A DNA stretch of 28,480 bases, taken from NCBI GenBank assembly GCA_008080735.1, contig SHMW01000057.1:1-28480 (forward strand). The letters are read 5' to 3'. Of this stretch, positions 9,593 to 18,395 are shown one piece after another. Position 1 is the first letter of the stretch. Each line of letters starts with the position of its first letter. A program made the position numbers and the translations under genes. The notes beneath the pieces are model-generated. The model saw nothing but the letters and a program-made list of their open reading frames with translations, made no database searches and was not told the origin of the DNA. Source of the stretch: Promethearchaeota archaeon (GTDB taxonomy: Archaea; Asgardarchaeota; Lokiarchaeia; Sigyniarchaeales; SOKP01).

Positions 9593-11551
9593 TTAGTAGA
9601 GATCCTCAATCACAAACTCTAAATCTAAGTTTTTAAGAGTCTTTTTCAACGGAACTCCATTCTCCGGATTCCACCCTAATTTTTCGCATAAATAGGAATA
9701 GTCTTTCTGATAATCTATAGTGATTCCCTCATTAGGTCCAGATATTTGAGGAGGATCACCCACACTTCTGCCGGGAAGTTTGTTTTTCGCTAAGATAGTT
9801 CCCTCCCTAAGGGTGAACGCTTGCCTTAATGTCTGAATACGGATTCCTGATTCTATACATTCCTCCACACTTATATCCCATCCAGTATACGCATTGATCA
9901 ATTCAATAAAAGGATATTCTCCCATATATCTCGCAAAAATGCATAATCCGACGGAACAATAGGTTTGATGCATCCCAGTATTTAGATATAAGGTTTGAGC
10001 CTTGGATTCCATATCCTTATATTTCTTTTTAGGATATTCCAGATTCGTAATGAATTTATCATATGGCGCTGTATCTTCAAATTCCCCGCTCGCGGTGGTA
10101 TGCCTTCCCGGGGTGGGGTCATACGCATAGCTGAGCGCAAGTGTACTATATACTTTCGGGTCATGCATCGGAAGGAGGGACCCTTGAGAGGCCATAACAT
10201 ACTTTTCACTGCCTTTTCCGATGATTTTAGAAGCTTCTTCGGCACCATCTGCGAGAATCTCTCCAAAACCTTCTCGATTAATTATTTTTTCGGTCAATTC
10301 GATTATGGCATCAGAATTCCCCCAATTTAATTCTAATCCGTCAGTATCACTTTTATTGATAATGCCCTCTTCGAAACATTCAATCGCGAATGCTATTGTC
10401 GCACCCGTCGAAATCGTATCAATTGCCGCACGATTACACATCTCGTTTATTTTGAAAATCGACATGAGATCATCGTTAAGAAGAAGAGTTCCGAATGAGC
10501 AGCACGTCTCATATTCGGGTAGATGGGTTTCTTCTAAGCCAATTTCTGGAATTTTTAAAATCGCACCGCATTGGACCGGACAACTATAGCATCCATATTC
10601 ATGGATTTTGTATTTGTTAATCCTTTCTGTAGATAATTTTTGAGCTTTTTCAACTGGAAAATCTTCAACCCCCACACCTTTCCAATTTTTTACGGGAGAA
10701 TCTCCTGAAAGAGCACTTATAGTATTGGTAAATGGAGTCCCATAATTATGATAAACTCGTTTGATTAAGGATGCGGGACCTGAATTCGCACCCACCTTAC
10801 TCATCATTTTAGGCATTTTAGGGATTTTTGAAATGATTTTATTAATTAATCCCCCCTCCAGATCCGTAAATCCTTCATTATACTCCTTGACCAAGTTATT
10901 AAATGTCTTTTTATCATAGATTGGAATTTTTGTCTTTCCTTTAAGCAAAAGCATTTTTAAGTTTTTTGAACCCATAAGTGCTCCTAATCCCGAACGAGCT
11001 GCGATTCTGCCCCCATCGTTAGCAATTCCAGACATTTTCGATAATTTTTCGCCGGCAACCCCAATTCCAGCAGTTTTAATAAATCTTCCATGGATTTTTT
11101 TTAACTCCTCTTCCGCTTCTTTGATATCTAACCCCCAGATTTTCTTTGCATCCCTAATTTCCGTTTCACCATCCACTATAGATATATATTTAGGTGAATC
11201 TGCTTTTCCAGTAATTAATATTCCGTCGTATCCGCACTTTTTTATAGCAGGACCAAATGTTCCCCCACTGTTCGCGTCTCCCCAAGTATCGGTCAGCGGA
11301 GATTTTCCAACCACCATATATCTCCCACTAAATGGAGCGGCAGTCCCCGTTAATAATCCGGGAAAAAACCCAAGTATCGCATCTTCACTCAAAGCATCTA
11401 TTTTCGGGGGCATATTATCATATAATAACTTACACCCAAGTCCATACCCTCCAAAATATTGACGATAGAATTTTTCTGGAGGTTTTTTTTCTCTTATGAT
11501 GCTATCTGAAAGATTTACCCAGAGTAACTTTCCAAAATATCCATTATTCAT
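9593..11551 (-). CDS. aor: tungsten-containing aldehyde:ferredoxin oxidoreductase family protein
   Basis: KSPLT, GG.FG..IK..GYDG, AARSGLGALMGSKNLK, CYSCPVQC plus distal GLC (4Fe-4S ligands), PEYET, DTISTG. Confidence 0.93.
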   Translation of the reverse strand: MNNGYFGKLLWVNLSDSIIREKKPPEKFYRQYFGGYGLGCKLLYDNMPPKIDALSEDAILGFFPGLLTGTAAPFSGRYMVVGKSPLTDTWGDANSGGTFGPAIKKCGYDGILITGKADSPKYISIVDGETEIRDAKKIWGLDIKEAEEELKKIHGRFIKTAGIGVAGEKLSKMSGIANDGGRIAARSGLGALMGSKNLKMLLLKGKTKIPIYDKKTFNNLVKEYNEGFTDLEGGLINKIISKIPKMPKMMSKVGANSGPASLIKRVYHNYGTPFTNTISALSGDSPVKNWKGVGVEDFPVEKAQKLSTERINKYKIHEYGCYSCPVQCGAILKIPEIGLEETHLPEYETCCSFGTLLLNDDLMSIFKINEMCNRAAIDTISTGATIAFAIECFEEGIINKSDTDGLELNWGNSDAIIELTEKIINREGFGEILADGAEEASKIIGKGSEKYVMASQGSLLPMHDPKVYSTLALSYAYDPTPGRHTTASGEFEDTAPYDKFITNLEYPKKKYKDMESKAQTLYLNTGMHQTYCSVGLCIFARYMGEYPFIELINAYTGWDISVEECIESGIRIQTLRQAFTLREGTILAKNKLPGRSVGDPPQISGPNEGITIDYQKDYSYLCEKLGWNPENGVPLKKTLKNLDLEFVIEDLY

Positions 11552-11944
11552 TTTTTATAAAATTCACTTTCCAAAATATTAAATTAATTTAATTTTGGAT
11601 AATGTTAATCTGCATAATTATTTATATGTTTCACATTATAAGTCATCAATATTTATCTCTTACTTATTCACCCATATTAGGCATGATTAGTCATATTATT
11701 CTCAAAATCTTTACTTAAATTCAAAATATCTGTTTCTAAATCTTCCTATATACCAAGATCGGGCAATTTGATTTTTGTCGCAATCTTTAAATACCTTTCT
11801 TGACATATAATAATCCCCATTTAATGTCTTCCCAATTCACCTTATCAATATTATATTCACTTTTGAGAGAGAAAGATTATAGTTCATAAGAAATAGAATT
11901 ATAACTTCATATCAATTCGAATTATAAAGAGGGTTTAAAAAAAA

Positions 11945-12157
11945 ATGACATTGGCTGCCCAATTTGAAAATGACATGTTCGAACTCAGTTTTTTTATAGA
12001 CTTCAATCAAAATGAGAAGGATTTTTACAATAATTTGTACCTTCCAGAATTTAACTTAGTCCTAAAAGAAAAAATACCCACCAACGATTCTTCCCCACAG
12101 TCAATCAAAATTGAGAAATTTGATTTAGCTAAATATACCTATCTTTTAGATTATTAA
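11945..12157 (+). CDS. small hypothetical protein (70 aa)
   Basis: GAGGG RBS upstream; fills an otherwise empty intergenic gap; no motif recognised. Confidence 0.5.
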   Translation: MTLAAQFENDMFELSFFIDFNQNEKDFYNNLYLPEFNLVLKEKIPTNDSSPQSIKIEKFDLAKYTYLLDY

Positions 12158-12216
12158 TACATTCAATAATAAGAGCGAGATCATGTCCCATTCTTATCGA
12201 ATAGGATTTAAGTAAA

Positions 12217-12354
12217 TCATTTTTTATCTCCTGTTTTTTCACTCGTTTTAGTTCGCTTATTCCAGCAAGAGAAGCATAAATAACTGTTAGTGTCTAAATT
12301 TACCAAATCTTTCTGTGCTCTTATCATCCCGCATATTTTACACTTTTTCTTCAT
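12217..12354 (-). CDS. 45-aa CxxC...CxxC zinc-finger microprotein (not in ORF track)
   Basis: MKKKCKICGMIRAQKDLVNLDTNSYLCFSCWNKRTKTSEKTGDKK*; AAGGA RBS 5 nt before ATG; starts about 60 bp after the beta-CASP gene stop. Confidence 0.75.
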   Translation of the reverse strand: MKKKCKICGMIRAQKDLVNLDTNSYLCFSCWNKRTKTSEKTGDKK

Positions 12355-12413
12355 ATTTATCCTTTTTAGTCAATTAGCAATAATAATTTCTTAATATAAT
12401 CATAGACATACTT

Positions 12414-13916
12414 TTAATCAAATATAATTGATTCATAGCGTTCCGGAAGATGAATTGTCATATCATAATTTCTAAATAAAATTTTAAAAAATTCGGGATG
12501 TTCTGTATGGATCGGAATCAGATTGAGTGGGTTAATTTGTTCAATAAAAGAAACAATATCATGAGGTTTCGCATGACCGGATGCATGGATCCTGTAAGAG
12601 GGTATCCCTTCCTTCTCTAAATCATGCCTTATTGTTTTGGTATTATCCAGATGCTCCTCTGAATAGGGATCAATATCCGAGCTGATGAATGCACCCATCA
12701 ATCCTCTTGGCAACGATTTCAGTAAATCACGATATATGTGGGTTATGAATAAAAAAAAATTCGAAAATTCCTTCAAATCATTATGATCTATGCACCTCCA
12801 AAGTTTATTCTCCTGTTCAAAGATTTCTCTAATCTGCGTCTGCCAAGGATATCGCTCATATGTATACAAAAGTACATAAATATTATCATCAAGTAAAATG
12901 TTCGGATCTCGCATCGTATCATAAATGGCCTTATCATTTAAAAGATGGTAAAAATAGGCATCTTTCTCCGTTATGATATATTTCCAGTCATATCGTTTTG
13001 CGATATTTTCAAAATTGCGGAACCTATCCCAATCAAGCCGATTATATTTGACCAAATAATAATCATATACATTTTTATCCATCAGTTTTATTACTTCATT
13101 CCCTACTGACTGCTCGGACTCAATAGCGCCCCTATTAATTTGCGTACCTTCGCAAATAAGTGCCCTTATCTTATTTGGATAATTATCAATTACATTACTT
13201 CTTTCTTCTCCGTTTTTTTGTTTAAGTTGTATCAAGCTTTTTGCTTTATCTATTAAATCTTGTGTCATATTCGATAGGGGACCATGCATTCGAAAATCTC
13301 CTGAATAAATTATTAATCCTTCTGAGGAATCAATGATGAAACCATAGGCGGCGGGTATTGAATGATCTACATGAATTGGGAAGATCTTTAACTCCTTGAT
13401 ATCTATTATATCGCCCGTGCGATACAATTTCCACTTAATCCCTTCGTAAAAATTGCTCATCACAGAACGGGAAGCTTTTGAATAAGCAAGGATTATTCGC
13501 TGTGTTACTACGCCGGTATAGATTGGTATGTTTCGATTTACTAATCCAATTCCATAGTAATGGTCCCGGTGAGGATGACTAATTAGGATTCCATCAATAT
13601 CCGTAGGTGGGTCGGTCTTTCCTTTACACTCGTTTACTTTTTGAAGGTAATTCATCTCCTCTTGATTAAAAATAAAATACTTGGAATAGAGGTTTTTTAT
13701 AGGGAGTTTTGATTGTTTTGGCAAAAGATATGAGCGCGTTAATTGCTCGGGAGAGGTTGGTTCCTCATATTTTTCAAAATTATTGGCATATTGAACCATA
13801 TTTATTCCAAAATCCAAAAATAGTTTGACACCGTAGCCCTTATCTTCAAAGAAAATCTGGTTTCCCCCGACTTCGGACACTCCTCCACAAAAAGTTAGGC
13901 TCACATTCGAAGGCAT
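12414..13916 (-). CDS. MBL-fold beta-CASP nuclease (RNase J-like)
   Basis: GG..EVGGN, LDFG, SHPHRDH (HxHxDH), VDHSIP, YSGDFR, EGT, HASGH, PIHTEH; GAGG RBS. Confidence 0.88.
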   Translation of the reverse strand: MPSNVSLTFCGGVSEVGGNQIFFEDKGYGVKLFLDFGINMVQYANNFEKYEEPTSPEQLTRSYLLPKQSKLPIKNLYSKYFIFNQEEMNYLQKVNECKGKTDPPTDIDGILISHPHRDHYYGIGLVNRNIPIYTGVVTQRIILAYSKASRSVMSNFYEGIKWKLYRTGDIIDIKELKIFPIHVDHSIPAAYGFIIDSSEGLIIYSGDFRMHGPLSNMTQDLIDKAKSLIQLKQKNGEERSNVIDNYPNKIRALICEGTQINRGAIESEQSVGNEVIKLMDKNVYDYYLVKYNRLDWDRFRNFENIAKRYDWKYIITEKDAYFYHLLNDKAIYDTMRDPNILLDDNIYVLLYTYERYPWQTQIREIFEQENKLWRCIDHNDLKEFSNFFLFITHIYRDLLKSLPRGLMGAFISSDIDPYSEEHLDNTKTIRHDLEKEGIPSYRIHASGHAKPHDIVSFIEQINPLNLIPIHTEHPEFFKILFRNYDMTIHLPERYESIIFD

Positions 13917-14066
13917 ACTAAGACCTCAATATAATGAGTACTTTGTCTTTAAAAATAATATATATAATATTAATTCAGTTAAAGAATTAAAAAGGTTTGT
14001 CTTAAAAAGTCTAAATTTCAGATAAGCAAGTGATTAGAACTCAAAATGGTATTGAATTGAATGGTT

Positions 14067-14199
14067 AAAAAAAGAAAGAGTCAAGAAAAGAGCCCCAATC
14101 CTTATCAAATGTGAAAAAGGAGAAGGATAAACTTTTCTTTTTAAAAGTTTATAGAGGGCGAAATCCAATGTTGATGATAGAATCGGACTCCTTTCACTT
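14067..14199 (-). ncRNA. candidate structured small RNA (three-way junction)
   Basis: TTTATATA box at 14228-14221; closing stem GUGAAAGGAG/CUCCUUUUUCAC; two internal hairpins; U7 tract at the 3' end. Confidence 0.5.
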
Positions 14200-14220
14200 A
14201 CTTATATGTGCCTTTGGTGA

Positions 14221-14228
14221 TATATAAA
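14221..14228 (-). promoter_or_regulatory. archaeal TATA box for the candidate sRNA
   Basis: TTTATATA on minus strand, about 24 nt before the first base of the closing stem. Confidence 0.5.
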
Positions 14229-14325
14229 CCTACGAATTGAAATCCTTATTTCGTGTTATCGCAACGGACTAAAAAATATGAAATTTCAAATAGAAATAAA
14301 AAGAGCTAATTCACGGAGAAAATGT

Positions 14326-14970
14326 CTAATCCTCATCTTCTTTATGCTGTTCATCAGTATCCATATTTTTGTCGGTTTTTAAAAGTTTTGAATACATTAG
14401 TTCGAGGTTGATAACTGATTCTTTGAGGTCTTTAATTTTACTATCTTTCTCCTTAATCAAAGTTTCCAAAAAATCGTTCTCTTCCTTCAATACATTTATT
14501 ATCTTGTCTTTCTTTTGGATTTTTTCCTTTATACGACTTAATTTTTCTTCCAAGTTTTTCATTGACGTATATTTTTTTGTCAAACTTTGTTGTACTTCTT
14601 CTATCATTTCTTGGAGTGTTTTTTTCTTCTCTTCAATACGGATTAATGTGGCTCCAGGATATTTACTGGAACTTCCCTCTGTATCATCTCTAAGCTTTCG
14701 CTTTAATTCGAGATTTTCTTTGCGTAAGAAGCCCATATTATTTTTTAATCGTCTGATTTCTTTTTCATGTTCTTCTAATTTAATATTCTTCAGAGTGAGC
14801 AGAGGATTGTCGGGATTCTCGTCTTGATTCTTAATGGATTTTTCGAGCAAAACAAGATGCTCTTCTAGGTCTTCAATCTTGTCGAGTAAATTGTAGATAC
14901 GCTGGTTCTTTTGGTCTATCTCTTCTCGTAAAGATTCAATATCCGACTGAATCATCTTTTCAAGGGTCAT
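14326..14970 (-). CDS. coiled-coil hypothetical protein
   Basis: Long E/K/L heptad-rich helices separated by two short linkers (NPDNP; SSSKYPG). Confidence 0.8.
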   Translation of the reverse strand: MTLEKMIQSDIESLREEIDQKNQRIYNLLDKIEDLEEHLVLLEKSIKNQDENPDNPLLTLKNIKLEEHEKEIRRLKNNMGFLRKENLELKRKLRDDTEGSSSKYPGATLIRIEEKKKTLQEMIEEVQQSLTKKYTSMKNLEEKLSRIKEKIQKKDKIINVLKEENDFLETLIKEKDSKIKDLKESVINLELMYSKLLKTDKNMDTDEQHKEDED

Positions 14971-15000
14971 ATAGAAACTTTCATTAATTGAGTATTCGGA

Positions 15001-15033
15001 TAATTAATTACAGCATTCTTTAATTAATTACTG
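15001..15033. promoter_or_regulatory. tandem palindromic TAATTAATTA boxes (possible operator)
   Basis: TAATTAATTACAG at 15001 and TAATTAATTACTG at 15021, 20 bp apart, between a minus-strand TATA-like box (about 15054-15062) and ATG 14970. Confidence 0.35.
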
Positions 15034-15103
15034 TATTTGTTATTTTTTTAAAGTTATATAAAAATATTTTTGATAATATATTATTGTCGCAATTACATAT
15101 TCA

Positions 15104-17095
15104 TTAGAATAATCGAAATCCATATGCATCCGCCCTTTGAATGATTATTTCTTGCATATGTTCATCGGAAATATTATACAGAGAAAATACAAGCGAGTCT
15201 AAGCGTGAATAAAGGGTAGCCATTTGTTTAAGTAATTTCGATCTAGTAAAGGAAACTTTCTCCTGTTTGGGCATACAACACGTATGAATTATAGAAACGT
15301 TCTTCAAAAGTTCCTTAACAATGAAAATAAGCTGCGCATATCTTTTCTCCTCTGGATAGATGAGAGGGATTGGAAGAGCTTTCAGATTAGATTGCGTAAA
15401 ATGAGGGAGTACTTTTTTGTACGGATCTCCGAATTTATTGATATAATAATAATGAATTAAGTGGGAGATCAAAATTCCTAAAATATAATAAAGAGAAACG
15501 TGTTTGATATGATCTTTTTTCTTGAAAATATAGATCTGTTGATTAGTGACAAGCTTACCTCCCGGGTGGAACATTATCTGGAGATTATGGTTGGTGGATA
15601 CTTTGCGTATTAGTAATTTCTCTCCGTAATAAAGCTCGTCTCTTCCCCACATCACATTAGAGCAATCCAGTTTTTCATTATGCATAAAATTACGGACATT
15701 TTCAGTCCCATAGACTACTGTGCGTGGGGGTCGCCGAAAATGAAGTTTGCCTAGATCTTCCCCTATATACCCTGGAGTAGTATTTGGGTGCCGAGAAAAA
15801 TATTCCTCAGAAATCAATTCTATTGTTTCATAGACCGATTCATCTAGTTTTTTGAAGAGAAAATCGCAGTTGTCAGATTGACATGGTTTTGATTTATGGC
15901 GTCCCGAATGACCTCGTCCGAAGGGAGGATTTAATGCATCACATTTCGGACATATAAAATATTTGCCGGTTTTATTTGTATCAATTCCTCTTCCGCTGTA
16001 GAAATAGTCACCTACAGTGTGAAAATGATTTGAATGAATAATTTGCATTAATTTTCGATCCAGAGGATCCGAAAATATATCGAAGATATAGTTTCTATTT
16101 TCAGAGAATTGACTTTGAAAACGAATATAATGATCTTCTTTAATTAATTCTTCTAAAACGCTCGCATCATCCAAAATGAGTGATTTCTGTTCATCCGGAA
16201 AGTCCACACTCACCAAAGTTTCATTATCTTGAGGATTTGGTGGTGACTTCTGTAAAATCAATAATAAGGCCGGCTTCTGGACATTGGGAAAGATTTCAAA
16301 TCCGAGATTTATTAATTCTAATATTGAAAACTTCAGAAGATATTTACGTAAACTCTTATATTGGTCAAGAAAGCAAATTTCATTGGGAATGAGAAATGCA
16401 ATAATTCCATCATCTCTCAAAAAATATTCTATGGATTTATATAAAAAAATCGCGAAGGAATCAAATTGCCCTTGTGCGATGGAAGGATACTTCTGCTGTA
16501 ATCTAGGTTTAAAGGCAGATAAATCCGCACCCCAAGGAGGATTTCCAAGAATCAGGTCAAATCTTATATTTTTTTCTATGAACTTCTGCGGTGTTTTCTG
16601 AGCGTAAAATGAGTCGGAAATTGAATTTTCAATTAAGAAATTTCCGTAGTGTATCGGATAAAGCGATTGGTCTTGAAAATCTATTTGGAAATCGTGGAGA
16701 AATTCTTGATTATGTTTTTCAATGAGCGGTTGATTGATATCAATACCAAATATGTTCTTTTTAATAATTTGCTTTATTACGTCTGTCTCTGAGGGCTGAG
16801 ACGTATTATTGATAATCTCAGTCTCTCTCAGCTTTATAGTTAAATCATAAAGAAGGGAAGTTGCAACTTTCAAAAAGACTCCGTTTCCGCATGCCGGATC
16901 TAATATAAGTATCGTTTTTATCCTTTCTCTGAGATTTTGGAGGGCATCCCCCTCCCGTAAGGTTAACTCTTTCGAGGAGAAGGGTATATTATCTGCATTT
17001 AAATAATACTTTAACGATTTTCGCGTCGCATAATATGCTATAGAGAGAGGAGTATAATAAATCCCTAATTCACGTTGATTCTGAACAGATACCAT
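15104..17095 (-). CDS. N6-adenine DNA methyltransferase, gamma class (M.TaqI/Eco57I-like), with TaqI_C-like C-terminus and Cys4 insert
   Basis: GIYYTP (motif X), ILDPACGNGVFL (I), GIDIN (II), FDLILGNPPW (IV), G..AFLIPN, EKLLIRK; no nuclease domain evident. Confidence 0.9.
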   Translation of the reverse strand: MVSVQNQRELGIYYTPLSIAYYATRKSLKYYLNADNIPFSSKELTLREGDALQNLRERIKTILILDPACGNGVFLKVATSLLYDLTIKLRETEIINNTSQPSETDVIKQIIKKNIFGIDINQPLIEKHNQEFLHDFQIDFQDQSLYPIHYGNFLIENSISDSFYAQKTPQKFIEKNIRFDLILGNPPWGADLSAFKPRLQQKYPSIAQGQFDSFAIFLYKSIEYFLRDDGIIAFLIPNEICFLDQYKSLRKYLLKFSILELINLGFEIFPNVQKPALLLILQKSPPNPQDNETLVSVDFPDEQKSLILDDASVLEELIKEDHYIRFQSQFSENRNYIFDIFSDPLDRKLMQIIHSNHFHTVGDYFYSGRGIDTNKTGKYFICPKCDALNPPFGRGHSGRHKSKPCQSDNCDFLFKKLDESVYETIELISEEYFSRHPNTTPGYIGEDLGKLHFRRPPRTVVYGTENVRNFMHNEKLDCSNVMWGRDELYYGEKLLIRKVSTNHNLQIMFHPGGKLVTNQQIYIFKKKDHIKHVSLYYILGILISHLIHYYYINKFGDPYKKVLPHFTQSNLKALPIPLIYPEEKRYAQLIFIVKELLKNVSIIHTCCMPKQEKVSFTRSKLLKQMATLYSRLDSLVFSLYNISDEHMQEIIIQRADAYGFRLF

Positions 17096-17192
17096 TAAAA
17101 ATTCAATTAATTAATTGGTTAATTTTTCGCATATATAATGGAATTTCCTTGATTTCATTCCATTCAAATTTCTCTATACTTCTTAATACGAA

Positions 17193-18395
17193 TTAGAATA
17201 ATAAAGTTAAGGAATAGATACCTAAAAGAAGTCCGAAACTTAGAAAGGTTGGGAGTGCTAATGCTTTAACGACTTTATTATAGTCAACCTCAAAATATGT
17301 AGCAGAATATGAGACGCACGGATGAATAGGTGTAATTAAATAACCGAGAAAGATCGCCACGTAGAGAAACACAAAATCCAATAAGGGCATCGCGGATAAT
17401 GTATACTGGACGAGATATATCGGAATTAAAATAGATAAGGGAAGTTGGATGCGCCCCGTCGCATACCCCAAAAAAAATCCCAAACATATGAAGAGGATGT
17501 AGGGCAGATTAAGCGAACTAATATCATCAGGAACCCCTGAATTAATAAAGATTTCAAGGAACAAGAACATCGCAAATATGATCAAGGGAAATCGCCAGAT
17601 CTTCATATTTTTAGTAATATTCTTAATATCTGTAGCAGACATCTTTCCCATTTTTAAAGCGATTAGTAAACTCACAAATAACCCAACCGCCAAATATATT
17701 TCCTCAGCCATGGCAACATTAAAAAAAGTTCTTCCAATAAAATCAATAATAGGAGCGATAATTATTGGGATAAAGTTTTTTGCAACAATCTTTAGGTCTC
17801 TTTCATTATCTCTAGGGGAAACTTCAATCGATCGCACAAGAAGGATATAGCCGATAATTACCAAAAGGATAAAGGGAATAAGCATTGAAATAAATATGAC
17901 ATACAAACTAATAGATGCTAATACACTTCCCACGATCAGCGCGGAGCTCAACGGATAAATAAGAATTACGACATGCCGATACCAGACATTAATAGCTACT
18001 TTATGTCGAGGTTCAACATCGCTACCGATTTTATCGACCATTGGTGCAGACATTAGCGCCCCACCTGCAACGGGAAGCAAGCCAAAAATAGCTGGACTTG
18101 CTATTAACGAAACACGTTTCGACACATTAAGTTTCTGGACAAGTTCCAACATTAATCCCGATTCTTCCATAATTCCACCTAAAATAGGAATCATACTTAC
18201 GGCGATCATAAGCAGAATTATGGAAGGATCCGTAATAACATTCACGAATGAGCTTAATAGGTTAACTCCAACTAATAGTGCAAACAGAACTGCTCCCGCG
18301 GTTAAAGTTAGCCCTAATTCATATTTCGAGAATATAAGAATTAAGCTTATTACAATAATAAAACTAATCCACGAAGGGATCCAAGCGGCTATCAC
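17193..18395 (-). CDS. DUF401 family membrane protein
   Basis: PAIFGLLPVAGGALMSAPMVD, NVWYRH..ILIYPL, GYLITPIHPC..YF. Confidence 0.85.
   Translation of the reverse strand: MIAAWIPSWISFIIVISLILIFSKYELGLTLTAGAVLFALLVGVNLLSSFVNVITDPSIILLMIAVSMIPILGGIMEESGLMLELVQKLNVSKRVSLIASPAIFGLLPVAGGALMSAPMVDKIGSDVEPRHKVAINVWYRHVVILIYPLSSALIVGSVLASISLYVIFISMLIPFILLVIIGYILLVRSIEVSPRDNERDLKIVAKNFIPIIIAPIIDFIGRTFFNVAMAEEIYLAVGLFVSLLIALKMGKMSATDIKNITKNMKIWRFPLIIFAMFLFLEIFINSGVPDDISSLNLPYILFICLGFFLGYATGRIQLPLSILIPIYLVQYTLSAMPLLDFVFLYVAIFLGYLITPIHPCVSYSATYFEVDYNKVVKALALPTFLSFGLLLGIYSLTLLF

Noticed and set aside
14154-14190. Plus-strand GAAA and UGAUGA suggesting a hammerhead ribozyme, C/D-box RNA or SECIS element
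   Set aside because: Spacing cannot hold hammerhead stems, there is no CUGA D box, and I found no in-frame UGA selenoprotein candidate nearby
14326-14970. Coiled-coil protein as an SMC, ESCRT-III or cytoskeletal homolog
   Set aside because: No Walker motifs or family-specific signature; coiled-coil similarity alone is uninformative
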